Source: Candidatus Woesearchaeota archaeon
GTDB taxonomy: Archaea; Nanobdellota; Nanobdellia; Pacearchaeales; GW2011-AR1
Length of the DNA: 64,000 nucleotides
Direction: 5' to 3'
Assembly: GCA_964551115.1 (NCBI GenBank)
Contig: CAZKBE010000001.1
Coordinates: 866-64,865, forward strand
Below, in pieces: positions 1-9,503 of the stretch. The position numbers and the translations under genes are program-made. The first letter of the stretch is position 1; each line of letters starts with the position of its first letter. The notes under the pieces are model-generated. The model ran no database searches and was not told the origin of the DNA. It saw only the letters and a program-made list of their open reading frames with translations.

Positions 1-842
1 AATAGTCTATTTAGGTTTATTTTTCTTTCACTCGCTAGGTCGTCTAAAAAGTCATCACATTCGTCTATAACATCTATTTCTGTTTTTGGTTTTCTTCCCA
101 TTGCTAGTTCGATTAGATATTTTAATGAATTAAAAACTAATACGTCTGATTCTACATATGAATTATATTGTTCATAATAGGGGCAACCTGTTGTTCTTTG
201 AAAAAATGAATACTCTTTACCACTTGAAGTTAAATATTTCTTTTTTTTTGCTTTATCTAATGCTTTAGCTTTCATTTCTGATGGGACTACCGGACTCCAA
301 TAAGGGCAGGCGGGAGCTACTGAAAATCTTCTAACATCCGATATCTGAGAGAAGTCTGCTAAGTCTACATATGGATTTTGTTTGATATAGTCTTTTATCG
401 TACCAAAATTCTTTTCTCTAATCTCTATATTGCAGGGTAAATCTTTGTCATCTGCTCGACCATCACAAAATCTACATGGAAAATTATTTCTTCCTTTAAT
501 TATTGAGATTTTCATTTTATTTCCATCTGGTTTATTTATAAAATTCTTGAATGTATAGTCTTGTTCATATTGTTCTTGGAGAGATTTAATCGGAACAACT
601 ACGGATGATTTTTTAAAATGACGAGCAAGATTTAAGGCCATGGCACTTTTTCCAGAGCCGCACACTCCTCTAATGAAAATGGCTCTTTTTCCTTCTTTAA
701 TTTGTTCCAAGATTTCTTTTACTACATCTGCTTGAGTTTTTCCGTTTGAAAATACTAGTGGTTTTAGTTCTTCTCCTGTAAAATTAAAGAGTCCTTCCCC
801 GAGATCCTCTTCACCTTCTTTTCTTCGATATAATGACCACAT
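1..842 (-). CDS. SF2 helicase, DinG/XPD(Rad3)-like (5' part; runs off the window edge)
   Basis: Manual translation from ATG at 842: MWSLYRRKEG...IFIRGVCGSGKS (Walker A), VVVPIKSLQEQY (motif Ia), KGRNNFPC plus further Cys (C..C..CPY, Fe-S-like), VIDECD (DExD). Not in the ORF track because it is open at the edge. Confidence 0.85.
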   Translation of the reverse strand, partial: MWSLYRRKEGEEDLGEGLFNFTGEELKPLVFSNGKTQADVVKEILEQIKEGKRAIFIRGVCGSGKSAMALNLARHFKKSSVVVPIKSLQEQYEQDYTFKNFINKPDGNKMKISIIKGRNNFPCRFCDGRADDKDLPCNIEIREKNFGTIKDYIKQNPYVDLADFSQISDVRRFSVAPACPYWSPVVPSEMKAKALDKAKKKKYLTSSGKEYSFFQRTTGCPYYEQYNSYVESDVLVFNSLKYLIELAMGRKPKTEIDVIDECDDFLDDLASERKINLNRL

Positions 843-969
843 CTTAACTGGTTTGGAGCAAGGTTTTATAAGGTTTGTTGTGGTTTTGTTTTGTAACTCC
901 TACATAGGTACAACATAACCCAAAGATTTATAAAGGGATGGTACTTAGATATTTTGGAGATAAAATAAG

Positions 970-1662
970 ATGGCACTTGAGGATATTATAAAATACGAAA
1001 AAGCAATAATTGATCATGCAGGTCATTATGATGCTTTTAGAGATCTTTCTAGGGATTTTGCTAGCAAGGCAGATCCTCAGTTATTAAAGAATTATACAAG
1101 TCTTTTAGGTTATGATGATGCTTCTAGACAGGCTTTTTATCAAGCTGCCCAAACGACTCCAACTCATGCATTAGTGGAAGCTATGCAGAACTCTTCTAAA
1201 CAAAGATACAAGTCTTTGGGAGAGACTGTTAAGACAAATTATGACGAATTAGTTGGTAATCTTGATGAATCTGGGTTGATTGGAATGGCCCATGGTACTT
1301 CCGGTGTTTTAAAGGCCCATGAACTTATTCAAGAGGCCTTAAACTCTAAGGATGCTAATACTTTAAAAAAAGCATATCTAGAGGCATTTAAGGGTCAACC
1401 AGACTTGCTAGAATTTGTAAAGGTATTGAGAAGTCAAGAATCTTTAAGCATCCTTGCTGGAGTCTATCTTGCCAATTCTGAACATCAACTCATGCAGCAA
1501 TTTTCTTCTGAAGATGGCAAGAGTTTAGATAAGGAGAAATTGAAGAAATATTTGATGGCTAATAAGAAGGATGAGCTTTATGCAGATGCTGGAAGAGGGT
1601 TATACATGGTAAGAGCTCAAGAGGCTGCGAAAGCTAAGAAGGAAGCAGAATCTAAGAAATAA
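970..1662 (+). CDS. Hypothetical protein (230 aa, helical)
   Basis: Long ORF with TATA box TTTATAAA at 927-934 and GGAG upstream; no recognisable motif. Confidence 0.8.
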   Translation: MALEDIIKYEKAIIDHAGHYDAFRDLSRDFASKADPQLLKNYTSLLGYDDASRQAFYQAAQTTPTHALVEAMQNSSKQRYKSLGETVKTNYDELVGNLDESGLIGMAHGTSGVLKAHELIQEALNSKDANTLKKAYLEAFKGQPDLLEFVKVLRSQESLSILAGVYLANSEHQLMQQFSSEDGKSLDKEKLKKYLMANKKDELYADAGRGLYMVRAQEAAKAKKEAESKK

Positions 1663-1664
1663 TT

Positions 1665-2528
1665 TTATTTTATTGTTTCATCTATTAATTTACTCATTTC
1701 ACTAATGAAAGCATCTGCCTTTTCAGCATATTCATCTAATTTTTCACCCTTTATTTCTTTTGTTTGTCCGTGAACTATGCTTTTTGCGACCAAATGAACT
1801 TCTTCATAAAAGTCAACATATTTGTTTTTTAATTTTTTTGTATCTACAAATGTTTTTGTTAGAGATTCTCCAACGTGTTCGGGAGAAGCAGGCATTTCAT
1901 TATATGCAATTAATGCTGCATGTGCAGAGTCTATACATGCCCAGTAAATTCCATCCATTGCTGCTAGCATGCTAGTTCTCATTCTATAGATATGGGTTGG
2001 TGCTCTTTGAAGAAGAGTATATATTGCTTCGGGAGTAGGTTTTATCTTCCCTTGTTCTAATAATAATTTTAATGGCGTAAAAAAACCTCCAATGTCGATT
2101 AGTGTTTCCCCGTATCGGATTATATTTAGTAGTACTGGATCACCTACCTTTAAATCTTCCCACCAGGTTGAAAGCTTAATTGTGTTTATATGTAATTCTT
2201 TTTTATATGGATTTTGAGAAATTAATTTTGAAATCTCTTCTCTATACCATGCAATTAGTTCTTGATCCCATCTTACTGAAACATCGTCTATTAATATGAC
2301 TATATCTATATCTGAAGATGCAATTGCAACTTTTTTAGCTGAACTTCCAAAAAGAATAACGGATTTTATTATTTTATCAAATTTTTGATAAACTTTCGTA
2401 GCAAAGTCCATTGCAACATCTCTTTCTTTTGCAATCATAAGTGTTGGTATTTCGGAAGTTTTTCTTTTAGAATTCTTTTCTTCTTCTTTTTGTGTAGAAC
2501 TAATTGTCTTTTTTCTTTCTTTCACCAT
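1665..2528 (-). CDS. Minimal nucleotidyltransferase (Pol-beta/MNT) fused to a HEPN-like C-terminal domain
   Basis: ILFGSSAKK...SDIDIVILIDD (GS + DxD); C-terminal YWACIDSAHAAL...KSIVHG helical HEPN-like region. Confidence 0.8.
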   Translation of the reverse strand: MVKERKKTISSTQKEEEKNSKRKTSEIPTLMIAKERDVAMDFATKVYQKFDKIIKSVILFGSSAKKVAIASSDIDIVILIDDVSVRWDQELIAWYREEISKLISQNPYKKELHINTIKLSTWWEDLKVGDPVLLNIIRYGETLIDIGGFFTPLKLLLEQGKIKPTPEAIYTLLQRAPTHIYRMRTSMLAAMDGIYWACIDSAHAALIAYNEMPASPEHVGESLTKTFVDTKKLKNKYVDFYEEVHLVAKSIVHGQTKEIKGEKLDEYAEKADAFISEMSKLIDETIK

Positions 2529-2571
2529 CTTCTTTACTATATCTTATATTTCTTTGCTTTTTAAATATTGC

Positions 2572-4386
2572 CTAAGCGTTTGGGGTTCCGGAGAATCTTG
2601 AATTTGTACCTGGAACTTGTCCCCCTAGTTCTTGAGGTAATGAAGAGAAACTTGAACCATATAATGAAAAGTGTTTTTCAGGCATGTATGCTGATGGAAA
2701 ACCCGTATAACTTCCTTGCATCCCTTGGGAACTATTCCAATAGGATCCTGTAGGTGAACCTTGGAAACCAGATGCTCCAAATGCTTGCATTGTAGGATTT
2801 ACTGCAGAGTTCACCCCATTATTTGAGAAATGTTGCCACCAAGATAATGCTTCTGCAACCTTTTTACCCTTAAATCCTGCTTTTCCTAGTTTTTCCATTA
2901 TTGCTTTTATTGGGACATTTCCCATACCCATTGGAAGTTCAGTATGTTGAAAACCAAAGTTATCTGATAAATGGACATGTTTTACATATTTTGCAACCTT
3001 TTCTGTTTCTTCACCTATGTCTTTATCGTTATAACCATACTTTTTTAACATATTTATATGTCCAACGTCCCAGGTTGCTCCAATTAATTTTTCTGCTTGT
3101 TTTGTTGCATCTCCTTTTGACATCCCTAGTCCTCCTTGATTTGTAGTTAGTGTTGCTTTTTCTACAAAGTTTTTTCTTGCTTTTTCAATTACTTGTTTTA
3201 AATCTTCTCCAGTGGTTAGTAAAGATTCTTGCGCAGGGTGATTTTCTATACTAATTATTGGTGCATGTTCTTTAAATTCTTTATAGGATTCAAAAGCAAT
3301 ATGACCGAAGGTTTCAGCAGATTTTTCTTGTGCAAATTCGGATAAGGGTTTAAATATCTCTGTATCTGCTTGTTTTAGTAAATCTGCACCTCTTTCTATA
3401 TCCTCTGCAAAATTGTAAATTTTAGTAGGATCATCTTTTAAATTTTTGTAGTCTGGAATTTTTTTAGACATCTCGATAGCATATTTTTTCAATTCTTCTT
3501 TTTTGCTATCCTCTGCATTTTTGTAAGCTAAATCAAACAGCGAGGTAAGTGATTCGTAGGCTTTTCTTAAGTATACTTCCTTGTGCTTTAATTCTCCTTC
3601 ATCTAGAAGCATTTCTTTGGTCTTTTCTGCATAAAAATCTTTACTTTTATTTTTTAATATTTCTTTTCTTTCTTCAGGAGATATTCTTTGCCCAGAACTA
3701 TTTCTTTCGGCGAGATCAGTATAATAAGTAACATTTTGTATTGCATCTAACCATACTTTTTTGTTTTTTCTTTCTATTTCTATTTTTGGATTAAATTCTT
3801 GAGGTTTTCCAGAGAATGTCTCACCTTCTTCTGGAAAGTATCTTTCTTCTTCCTTTATCTGGCTTAGAGTTCCTTGAGGATTAATTAATAAAACTGATTT
3901 TATTCTTTTTTCATCTCCTTCTTTTATTTTCAATTCAGATGGAGGTAAGTTTACTGTAGAGGCATGCATTGTTATCACTGTATTTCCGTTAGGGTTAAGT
4001 TTTTGTCCTCTTCTTACTGCTTCAAGTAGTTGTCTTTTTGCCGTTTCTTGATTTAAATTGTCCCATCCTTGTTGAGTTATTCCTGTTGGGTCAATCATTG
4101 GAGCATGCATAGTTGGAGTGATATTTAGAAGTTTTGCCATTCTATTTATTTCCTTGAATTGATCATTGGGCATAGCATCTAGAATTCCTGCATCATGTGC
4201 TGCAACTTCAACTACTTTTATACCCGTGTTTAGATGTTTTGAGACTTCTTTTACCTGATCTGCTGTTCTAGCATCAAGAGATGTTCCTATTTCTGAGAAA
4301 TTCAGCCTATATCCTACAAAGCCTCCATTTTCTGAATTGAATGAGGAGTAGCCTCCTCTATAAAGATTATCTTGATATTCCACCAT
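2572..4386 (-). CDS. Xylose isomerase-like / AP endonuclease 2 TIM-barrel metalloprotein with large helical insertion
   Basis: TMHAP, TMHAS, SIENHP, TWDVGHIN, VKHVHLSDNFG..HTELPMGMG metal-binding motifs. Confidence 0.8.
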   Translation of the reverse strand: MVEYQDNLYRGGYSSFNSENGGFVGYRLNFSEIGTSLDARTADQVKEVSKHLNTGIKVVEVAAHDAGILDAMPNDQFKEINRMAKLLNITPTMHAPMIDPTGITQQGWDNLNQETAKRQLLEAVRRGQKLNPNGNTVITMHASTVNLPPSELKIKEGDEKRIKSVLLINPQGTLSQIKEEERYFPEEGETFSGKPQEFNPKIEIERKNKKVWLDAIQNVTYYTDLAERNSSGQRISPEERKEILKNKSKDFYAEKTKEMLLDEGELKHKEVYLRKAYESLTSLFDLAYKNAEDSKKEELKKYAIEMSKKIPDYKNLKDDPTKIYNFAEDIERGADLLKQADTEIFKPLSEFAQEKSAETFGHIAFESYKEFKEHAPIISIENHPAQESLLTTGEDLKQVIEKARKNFVEKATLTTNQGGLGMSKGDATKQAEKLIGATWDVGHINMLKKYGYNDKDIGEETEKVAKYVKHVHLSDNFGFQHTELPMGMGNVPIKAIMEKLGKAGFKGKKVAEALSWWQHFSNNGVNSAVNPTMQAFGASGFQGSPTGSYWNSSQGMQGSYTGFPSAYMPEKHFSLYGSSFSSLPQELGGQVPGTNSRFSGTPNA

Positions 4387-4410
4387 CTTATTTGTTTTAA
4401 TTACGTTGTT

Positions 4411-5052
4411 TTAATTTAAAAAAGTTTGTATTCGTTCTTCTTTCTTCTTTTTAGGATTATGTCCAGTATTCTCTTCATATCTGTTCATTTCTTGTGAAAA
4501 ACCGAGTTGATGATTTTGGTCTTCTTGAGTTCTTTGGTTGTGATTTACTTTTCTTAAATTTTGTTCACCAAATGGGTTTGTTATTTCATCCCTATCTGCT
4601 TCTCTGAATTGATTGATGGGAGTTATTTGAGAATCTGAGGAGTATTTATCTTGGTTTGAAGAATATTTATCTTTTCCTATTTCATAATTATTATTTGCCC
4701 CGTAAAAGCTACTTGCTGCGTGGTAAGCGCTTGAGGAGATATTATCCTTGTCTATTTTTATTTCTGCTAGAGTATTTTCCAAGTTATTATTTAGGGGTTT
4801 ATCTTGTATTTGAAATGTATCTTCTAGAGGCATAGCTATTTTTTTATTCTTTGGTTTTATTTCTTCCGTATATATGTATTCTTGCTCTTGAGTTTCTTCT
4901 TTTGTAGATTCCTTTGTTTCTTCTTGGTTTTTTACCGGTATTTTCTCGCTATCCTTTTTTAATAGTTTTTCAATTAATTCTTTGTTTATCTTGATTTCTT
5001 TAGAAGCTTTCTCTGTCTTTTTTTTAGTGATTGTTCTTTTATTTTGTGTCAT
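4411..5052 (-). CDS. Hypothetical low-complexity charged protein
   Basis: 213-aa ORF co-oriented within the cluster; K/E/N/Q-rich. Confidence 0.7.
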   Translation of the reverse strand: MTQNKRTITKKKTEKASKEIKINKELIEKLLKKDSEKIPVKNQEETKESTKEETQEQEYIYTEEIKPKNKKIAMPLEDTFQIQDKPLNNNLENTLAEIKIDKDNISSSAYHAASSFYGANNNYEIGKDKYSSNQDKYSSDSQITPINQFREADRDEITNPFGEQNLRKVNHNQRTQEDQNHQLGFSQEMNRYEENTGHNPKKKKEERIQTFLN

Positions 5053-5097
5053 TATCTTGCTAGTTTATACAGATTTATATACCTTGACAAGTCTTTT

Positions 5098-5772
5098 TTA
5101 AACTATATGAGAATTTTCTTTTATAAAATGGTTCAATATTTTGTGGTAAACCTTTGATTTTCCATACTTTAGGTAAAAAAATCCAATTACTGATGCAATT
5201 ATTGCTCCGGTTGCATTGACTAAAAAGTCTATCATCGTGTCTGTTACGCCTGTTCCAATGTGTACCTTTTGCATATTCATTCCAAAAAAACTATCTATCA
5301 AAAATTCAATCACTTCCCAGAATACTCCAAGTGTTGTTGCAAAACAGAACCCTAAAAATGCAACCATAGACGGGTTTGCTTTAATCTTTGTTCCCTTATC
5401 TAATATAAATATTATCGAGAATCCAATCATACCTAAGACGAATCCAGATAGTAAGTGTAATAGGTTATCCCACCAATAGAATCTATTATAAAAATTTTGA
5501 ACTTCTCCTAAGTATATTCCTGCATAAATAAAACCTACAATAAATATGTGAAATTCTGGAGGCATTTTTATCTGATATCTTGATTCTATAATTGCTGGCA
5601 GCAAGGTTAAAAATAAAGCAAGACCGCTAACAAAGACTAACTCTCCTCGGCCATAGATCGATTCTAGAATTAATGATCCTATAAGCATAATTCTAATTAT
5701 CCATGAGAAGACAAAGTATATCTTTTCTATTTTCTTATCTGGAATTTTGAATAAGCTCTTTAATTTCATCAT
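5098..5772 (-). CDS. Integral membrane protein, DUF2238/YjdF-like
   Basis: About 6 TM segments; FYNRFYWWDNLLH, WEVIEFLID and DTMIDFLVNATGA motifs. Confidence 0.75.
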   Translation of the reverse strand: MMKLKSLFKIPDKKIEKIYFVFSWIIRIMLIGSLILESIYGRGELVFVSGLALFLTLLPAIIESRYQIKMPPEFHIFIVGFIYAGIYLGEVQNFYNRFYWWDNLLHLLSGFVLGMIGFSIIFILDKGTKIKANPSMVAFLGFCFATTLGVFWEVIEFLIDSFFGMNMQKVHIGTGVTDTMIDFLVNATGAIIASVIGFFYLKYGKSKVYHKILNHFIKENSHIV

Positions 5773-5774
5773 TT

Positions 5775-7277
5775 TTAATCTCCTTTTTCATCCAGATCAA
5801 AACTTTCAGGAGACGAGGCCATTCCATGCGCTTTCTTATAAACATCATACACAGCATATAGAAAACCCTTTGCACCATTAGCTGCTTCGTTTCTTGCATA
5901 ACCTTCAACATAACTATCTTTTTCAATATCTTTAATTGAATTTATTTCTTTTTTATCCTTTTTCTTTGAAGAAGCAAATAAATCTCCTTTGAATATGCCT
6001 ATTAGTGCTGAAAAGGGATTTACATCGTCTTCTTTTTTCTTAAATTCTTTTTTCTCTTTTTTCTTATCATCTAAAAAGTGATCTATGTCTGATTGTAGCT
6101 GTGCAAGAGATTTATCTGTTTCTTCTTGGACAAAAGATAGGCCAGTTGCAAGATCCTGTTTTTCTCTAAGTTTTTTGAATAGTTTTAATTCTTCAGAATT
6201 CAGTGAATATGCTTCAAAATTTATATCTACTCTTCCTCCAAAACCGTATGCCATATCTCCTTTTTGAGATACTCTCTGACTGTAATGTCCTCTGTAGGTC
6301 ATAGATACCATGATACAGGAAATGTAATCTCGGTTTAGTTTTTGATCTTTGAATGGTTTTCCCAATTCTATTTTTTTTGTTCCCATAAATGTTAGTTCGA
6401 ACATAGATGTTGAGAATGCATTTACCATCGCAGCGTTTGTTTCAAATCCTTTTTGTCTTAATTGTTCTGCCGATCTTAGGTAAGGTCTTGCCCAAGAGGT
6501 ATAAAGTTTAAGTGTTTGAACTTGTGTTCTTAGGTAACTTGTTTCTATTTCAAATCTTTTTGTTAATTCTTTTTCAGATAAATCTTTCCAAATGTTAAAT
6601 TCAACTATTTTTTGTTTAAGGACATTTTTTACTCTTTCATTTAAATCTAACTCGTTTCCTTTTTCATCTTTTAATTTTTCATCTTTAATCATCATAAATG
6701 AATCTATTAGTAAGGCAAACGGCGATTGAGAAAACGCCATGGCTTTTACACTAGTATTTCCTCTTTTCATATCTACATTATCTAACCAGACTTGTTTCAA
6801 TCCAAATATTGCTGCTTCTTTTTTTGATTTATCTTCTGAGTTAGCATCTTTATATTGTTGTAGTCTTATCTCAAATTCTTTTAAGTCGTAGATTAATTGA
6901 ATTATTGCTTTTATCACCTGGTTTATTGCTCCTAGATAATAGCTTGCCTTTTCTTGCATCGTTCCTAATTTTCTTCCATATTCATCAAAACCTCCAGAAC
7001 CTGGAGAAGCCATAAAATTATCTGTTAACTTCTCTACTTGAAATCTTGCATCTTGGACAAAATCTAAAAGCCAGTAATAAACGGGTTCTACCTGATTTGT
7101 TTGGGCGTCATAGGTTAAGTTGTAAGATAACAGAGATTTTCCTTCGTTTATTTTCGTGCTTCGTTTAATTAAAGCCCTAATGGCTTCTATAGCTTTTTTT
7201 CCTTCTGCTTCTTTTCTTAATTCTTCTATCTCTCTTTTTTTTGCTTCCTCTTCATCACCCTTCATAGATTCGCCCAT
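5775..7277 (-). CDS. Hypothetical protein (500 aa, coiled-coil rich)
   Basis: Long ORF, first of a five-gene minus-strand run; no motif recognised. Confidence 0.8.
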   Translation of the reverse strand: MGESMKGDEEEAKKREIEELRKEAEGKKAIEAIRALIKRSTKINEGKSLLSYNLTYDAQTNQVEPVYYWLLDFVQDARFQVEKLTDNFMASPGSGGFDEYGRKLGTMQEKASYYLGAINQVIKAIIQLIYDLKEFEIRLQQYKDANSEDKSKKEAAIFGLKQVWLDNVDMKRGNTSVKAMAFSQSPFALLIDSFMMIKDEKLKDEKGNELDLNERVKNVLKQKIVEFNIWKDLSEKELTKRFEIETSYLRTQVQTLKLYTSWARPYLRSAEQLRQKGFETNAAMVNAFSTSMFELTFMGTKKIELGKPFKDQKLNRDYISCIMVSMTYRGHYSQRVSQKGDMAYGFGGRVDINFEAYSLNSEELKLFKKLREKQDLATGLSFVQEETDKSLAQLQSDIDHFLDDKKKEKKEFKKKEDDVNPFSALIGIFKGDLFASSKKKDKKEINSIKDIEKDSYVEGYARNEAANGAKGFLYAVYDVYKKAHGMASSPESFDLDEKGD

Positions 7278-7366
7278 AATTTGATAAGGATAAGCTTATT
7301 TTTAAAGATTTGTTATTCTATCTTTCCAATATATTTAAAAACGAACATTCTTTTCAAGAATTATAA

Positions 7367-7447
7367 GCCGACATCGCATAGTGGTATTGCACGAGACTGG
7401 AAATCTCGGCCCTTCGGGGCCCCCAGGTTCGATTCCTGGTGTCGGCG
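7367..7447 (+). tRNA. tRNA-Ser(GGA)
   Basis: Acceptor GCCGACA/TGTCGGC, anticodon arm CGAGA-CTGGAAA-TCTCG, long variable arm GCCCTTCGGGGC, T-loop GGTTCGATTCC. Confidence 0.95.
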
Positions 7448-7489
7448 TTTTCTAAATGTTTATTAATTAATCTTTTTTAATAACCTTGT

Positions 7490-7560
7490 GCGTCGATGGT
7501 CTAATGGTAGAATATGAGCTTCCCAAGCTTATGATCCGGGTTCGATTCCCGGTCGGCGCA
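7490..7560 (+). tRNA. tRNA-Gly(CCC)
   Basis: GCGTCGA/TCGGCGC acceptor, TGAGC-TTCCCAA-GCTTA anticodon arm, GGTTCGATTCC. Confidence 0.95.
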
Positions 7561-7609
7561 TATACCTGTTTTCCATCAGGCTTATATATTCTTTTGGACT
7601 TATGTATTT

Positions 7610-7840
7610 ATGAAAAATAATCTTATCCTTTATAATAAGCAACTAGTTAGTGCAAGAAGATCTAAAAAACATCTAAGTATCCAAAGAGGTCTTGGAATTG
7701 GTCCAGAAAGAATTAATTTTAAAGGGGAGAGAAGGCAGGAGCGTTATAAAAAGGTTGGAGAAAAAATGCGTAGCGTTTATGATGAATCTAGGGGTTTTAG
7801 GAACGGAAGAAAGATAAAAAGAAGAAGGAAGAGAAAATAA
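7610..7840 (+). CDS. Small basic hypothetical protein
   Basis: 76-aa R/K-rich ORF with a TATA-like CTTATATA about 29 nt upstream. Confidence 0.5.
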   Translation: MKNNLILYNKQLVSARRSKKHLSIQRGLGIGPERINFKGERRQERYKKVGEKMRSVYDESRGFRNGRKIKRRRKRK

Positions 7841-7842
7841 GA

Positions 7843-8376
7843 TTAAGTTAATTCTTTTTTGATTAGTTTATGTGCAGCATTAATTTCTTGGAATTTTTCA
7901 TGGTTTCCCCCCGGTAAATCTGGGTGGTGTTTTTTAGCTAGTTCTTTATATTTTTTATTGATTAGCTCAAAATCGGTTTCTGTAGCTTCTACTCCTAGTA
8001 GTTTTCTGGCTTCTAATAGTTGTTCTGGAAGGTCATCATCTTCTGAGAATTCTCTTGCAAATTCTTCAAAAGTTATATTATCTACTAATAATTTGTCTAC
8101 TTCAATTCTTAATACTTTATCTATTATAGACAAATTTTCAACAAATCTTGGCATTTGTGAATAACTATATCTGAATTTTCGATCATTAAAGTACCAAGAG
8201 ATAGAAGCAGGAAGTTTTTTTTGAGGATTTTTTTCTAGAGTTATATCTATGTCATCTCTTCCTATTCCTAATAACTTTAATGTAGATATTATATTATTTT
8301 GGATTTGAACTGCTTTACGTTCAAATGATCCATTAATACTGGGGGTTTCTATTTCATTTCCTTTAATTCTTACCAT
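7843..8376 (-). CDS. Protein with C-terminal DnaJ (J) domain
   Basis: LLGV...KKYKELAKKHHPD..GG..EKFQEINAAH. Start moved to MVRIKG (8376) because the longer start overlaps tRNA-Pro. Confidence 0.85.
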   Translation of the reverse strand: MVRIKGNEIETPSINGSFERKAVQIQNNIISTLKLLGIGRDDIDITLEKNPQKKLPASISWYFNDRKFRYSYSQMPRFVENLSIIDKVLRIEVDKLLVDNITFEEFAREFSEDDDLPEQLLEARKLLGVEATETDFELINKKYKELAKKHHPDLPGGNHEKFQEINAAHKLIKKELT

Positions 8377-8472
8377 AATAATATCCCTGAAATTGCATTT
8401 ATAAAGGTAGGCCCAGGGCAATATTTTGATTTTGCGTATTCTTTTTAAACCATTTATTTGTGTAAATTTTAT

Positions 8473-8545
8473 GGGGTTATGGGGTAACCTGGTAGCCTTC
8501 AAGCATGGGGTGTTTGAGATCCCGGTTCAAATCCGGGTAATCCCA
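8473..8545 (+). tRNA. tRNA-Pro(GGG)
   Basis: GGGGTTA/TAATCCC acceptor, CAAGC-ATGGGGT-GTTTG anticodon arm, GGTTCAAATCC. Confidence 0.93.
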
Positions 8546-8579
8546 TTTAATTTATAAACCTGGTAATTATAGCTAACTT

Positions 8580-9233
8580 ATGAAAAAAGAGATGAGAACA
8601 TATAAAGCAATTATTTTTGATTTAGATGGAACTTTAATCAATTCTATGCCCTATCATTTTAAAGCTTTTAAAGACACATTAAGAGAACACGGCGTTAGTA
8701 TGAAAGATGCTACTTTAAAAGATTTTATGGGTAGTTCTACTCGCAAGATTTTAGAGAATATTAAGAAGATTTATCCTTTTGAGGGAAAAATAGATGACAT
8801 TAGAGAAGAAAGAAGATATCACTATTTTAAAGCAGTCGGGAATAGGGATATTTTTATTAGAGGTGTTAAAAAATTAATTCCCATATTAAAAAAGGATTAT
8901 AAATTAGCAATTGCCACTGGCTCTTCAAGAGTTACTGCAAGATATTCTATTACTCGAGATTTTCAAGATAATTTTAAAACCATCGTTACTATAAACGATG
9001 TTAAGCGGGGAAAACCTGCGCCAGATCAACTTTTATTGGCTGCAAAAAGATTAAAAGTTAAACCATCCGAATGTTTAATGGTTGGAGATTCTGTTTATGA
9101 CGTTTTAGCTGCTAAAAGTTTAAAGATGGATTCTTTTGGTGTTTTAACGGGTTATACTTCTAAAAAAGAATTATTCGAAGCAGGGGCTAAAAAAGTTTTG
9201 AGAAACGTTAATAAATTAATAAAAGAATTATGA
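8580..9233 (+). CDS. HAD-superfamily phosphatase (beta-PGM/phosphoglycolate phosphatase-like)
   Basis: FDLDGTL, ATGS, GKPAPD, MVGDS..D motifs. Confidence 0.92.
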   Translation: MKKEMRTYKAIIFDLDGTLINSMPYHFKAFKDTLREHGVSMKDATLKDFMGSSTRKILENIKKIYPFEGKIDDIREERRYHYFKAVGNRDIFIRGVKKLIPILKKDYKLAIATGSSRVTARYSITRDFQDNFKTIVTINDVKRGKPAPDQLLLAAKRLKVKPSECLMVGDSVYDVLAAKSLKMDSFGVLTGYTSKKELFEAGAKKVLRNVNKLIKEL

Positions 9234-9385
9234 GGTTATTCTTTCATATCTAAAATTATCTCTTCCATAACACTTGTTCATTATTTTTTTGAAGCTTTGT
9301 TCTAAATCTATTCTTTCTGAGTTTGCTAGTCCTATTATCATAAATAAAATGTCTCTTAGTTCATCTGATATTGAGTTTTTTTCAT
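9228..9385 (-). pseudogene. Remnant of a MazG-like nucleotide pyrophosphohydrolase (C-terminal half)
   Basis: Manual translation KNSISDELRDILFMIIGLANSERIDLEQSFKKIMNKCYGRDNFRY resembles the MazG/YpjD ELGDxLF..LAN..IDLE pattern. N-terminus missing; the nearby ATG is out of frame across an A7 run. Confidence 0.65.
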
Positions 9386-9503
9386 ATTACTTAAATTATC
9401 TTAGATTTGTCTGGATAAAGAGCCTGTAACCATTTGTTCTTTATTTGGCGGGCAATTAAATATTAATAAAAAGATATTTAAATGATATTAATTTGAATAG
9501 TAT

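Noticed and set aside
7281..7466. 61-aa ORF across tRNA-Ser
   Set aside because: Shadow of the tRNA gene.
8377..8502. N-terminal extension of the J-domain ORF
   Set aside because: Overlaps tRNA-Pro and its promoter; a TATA box fits the 8376 start.
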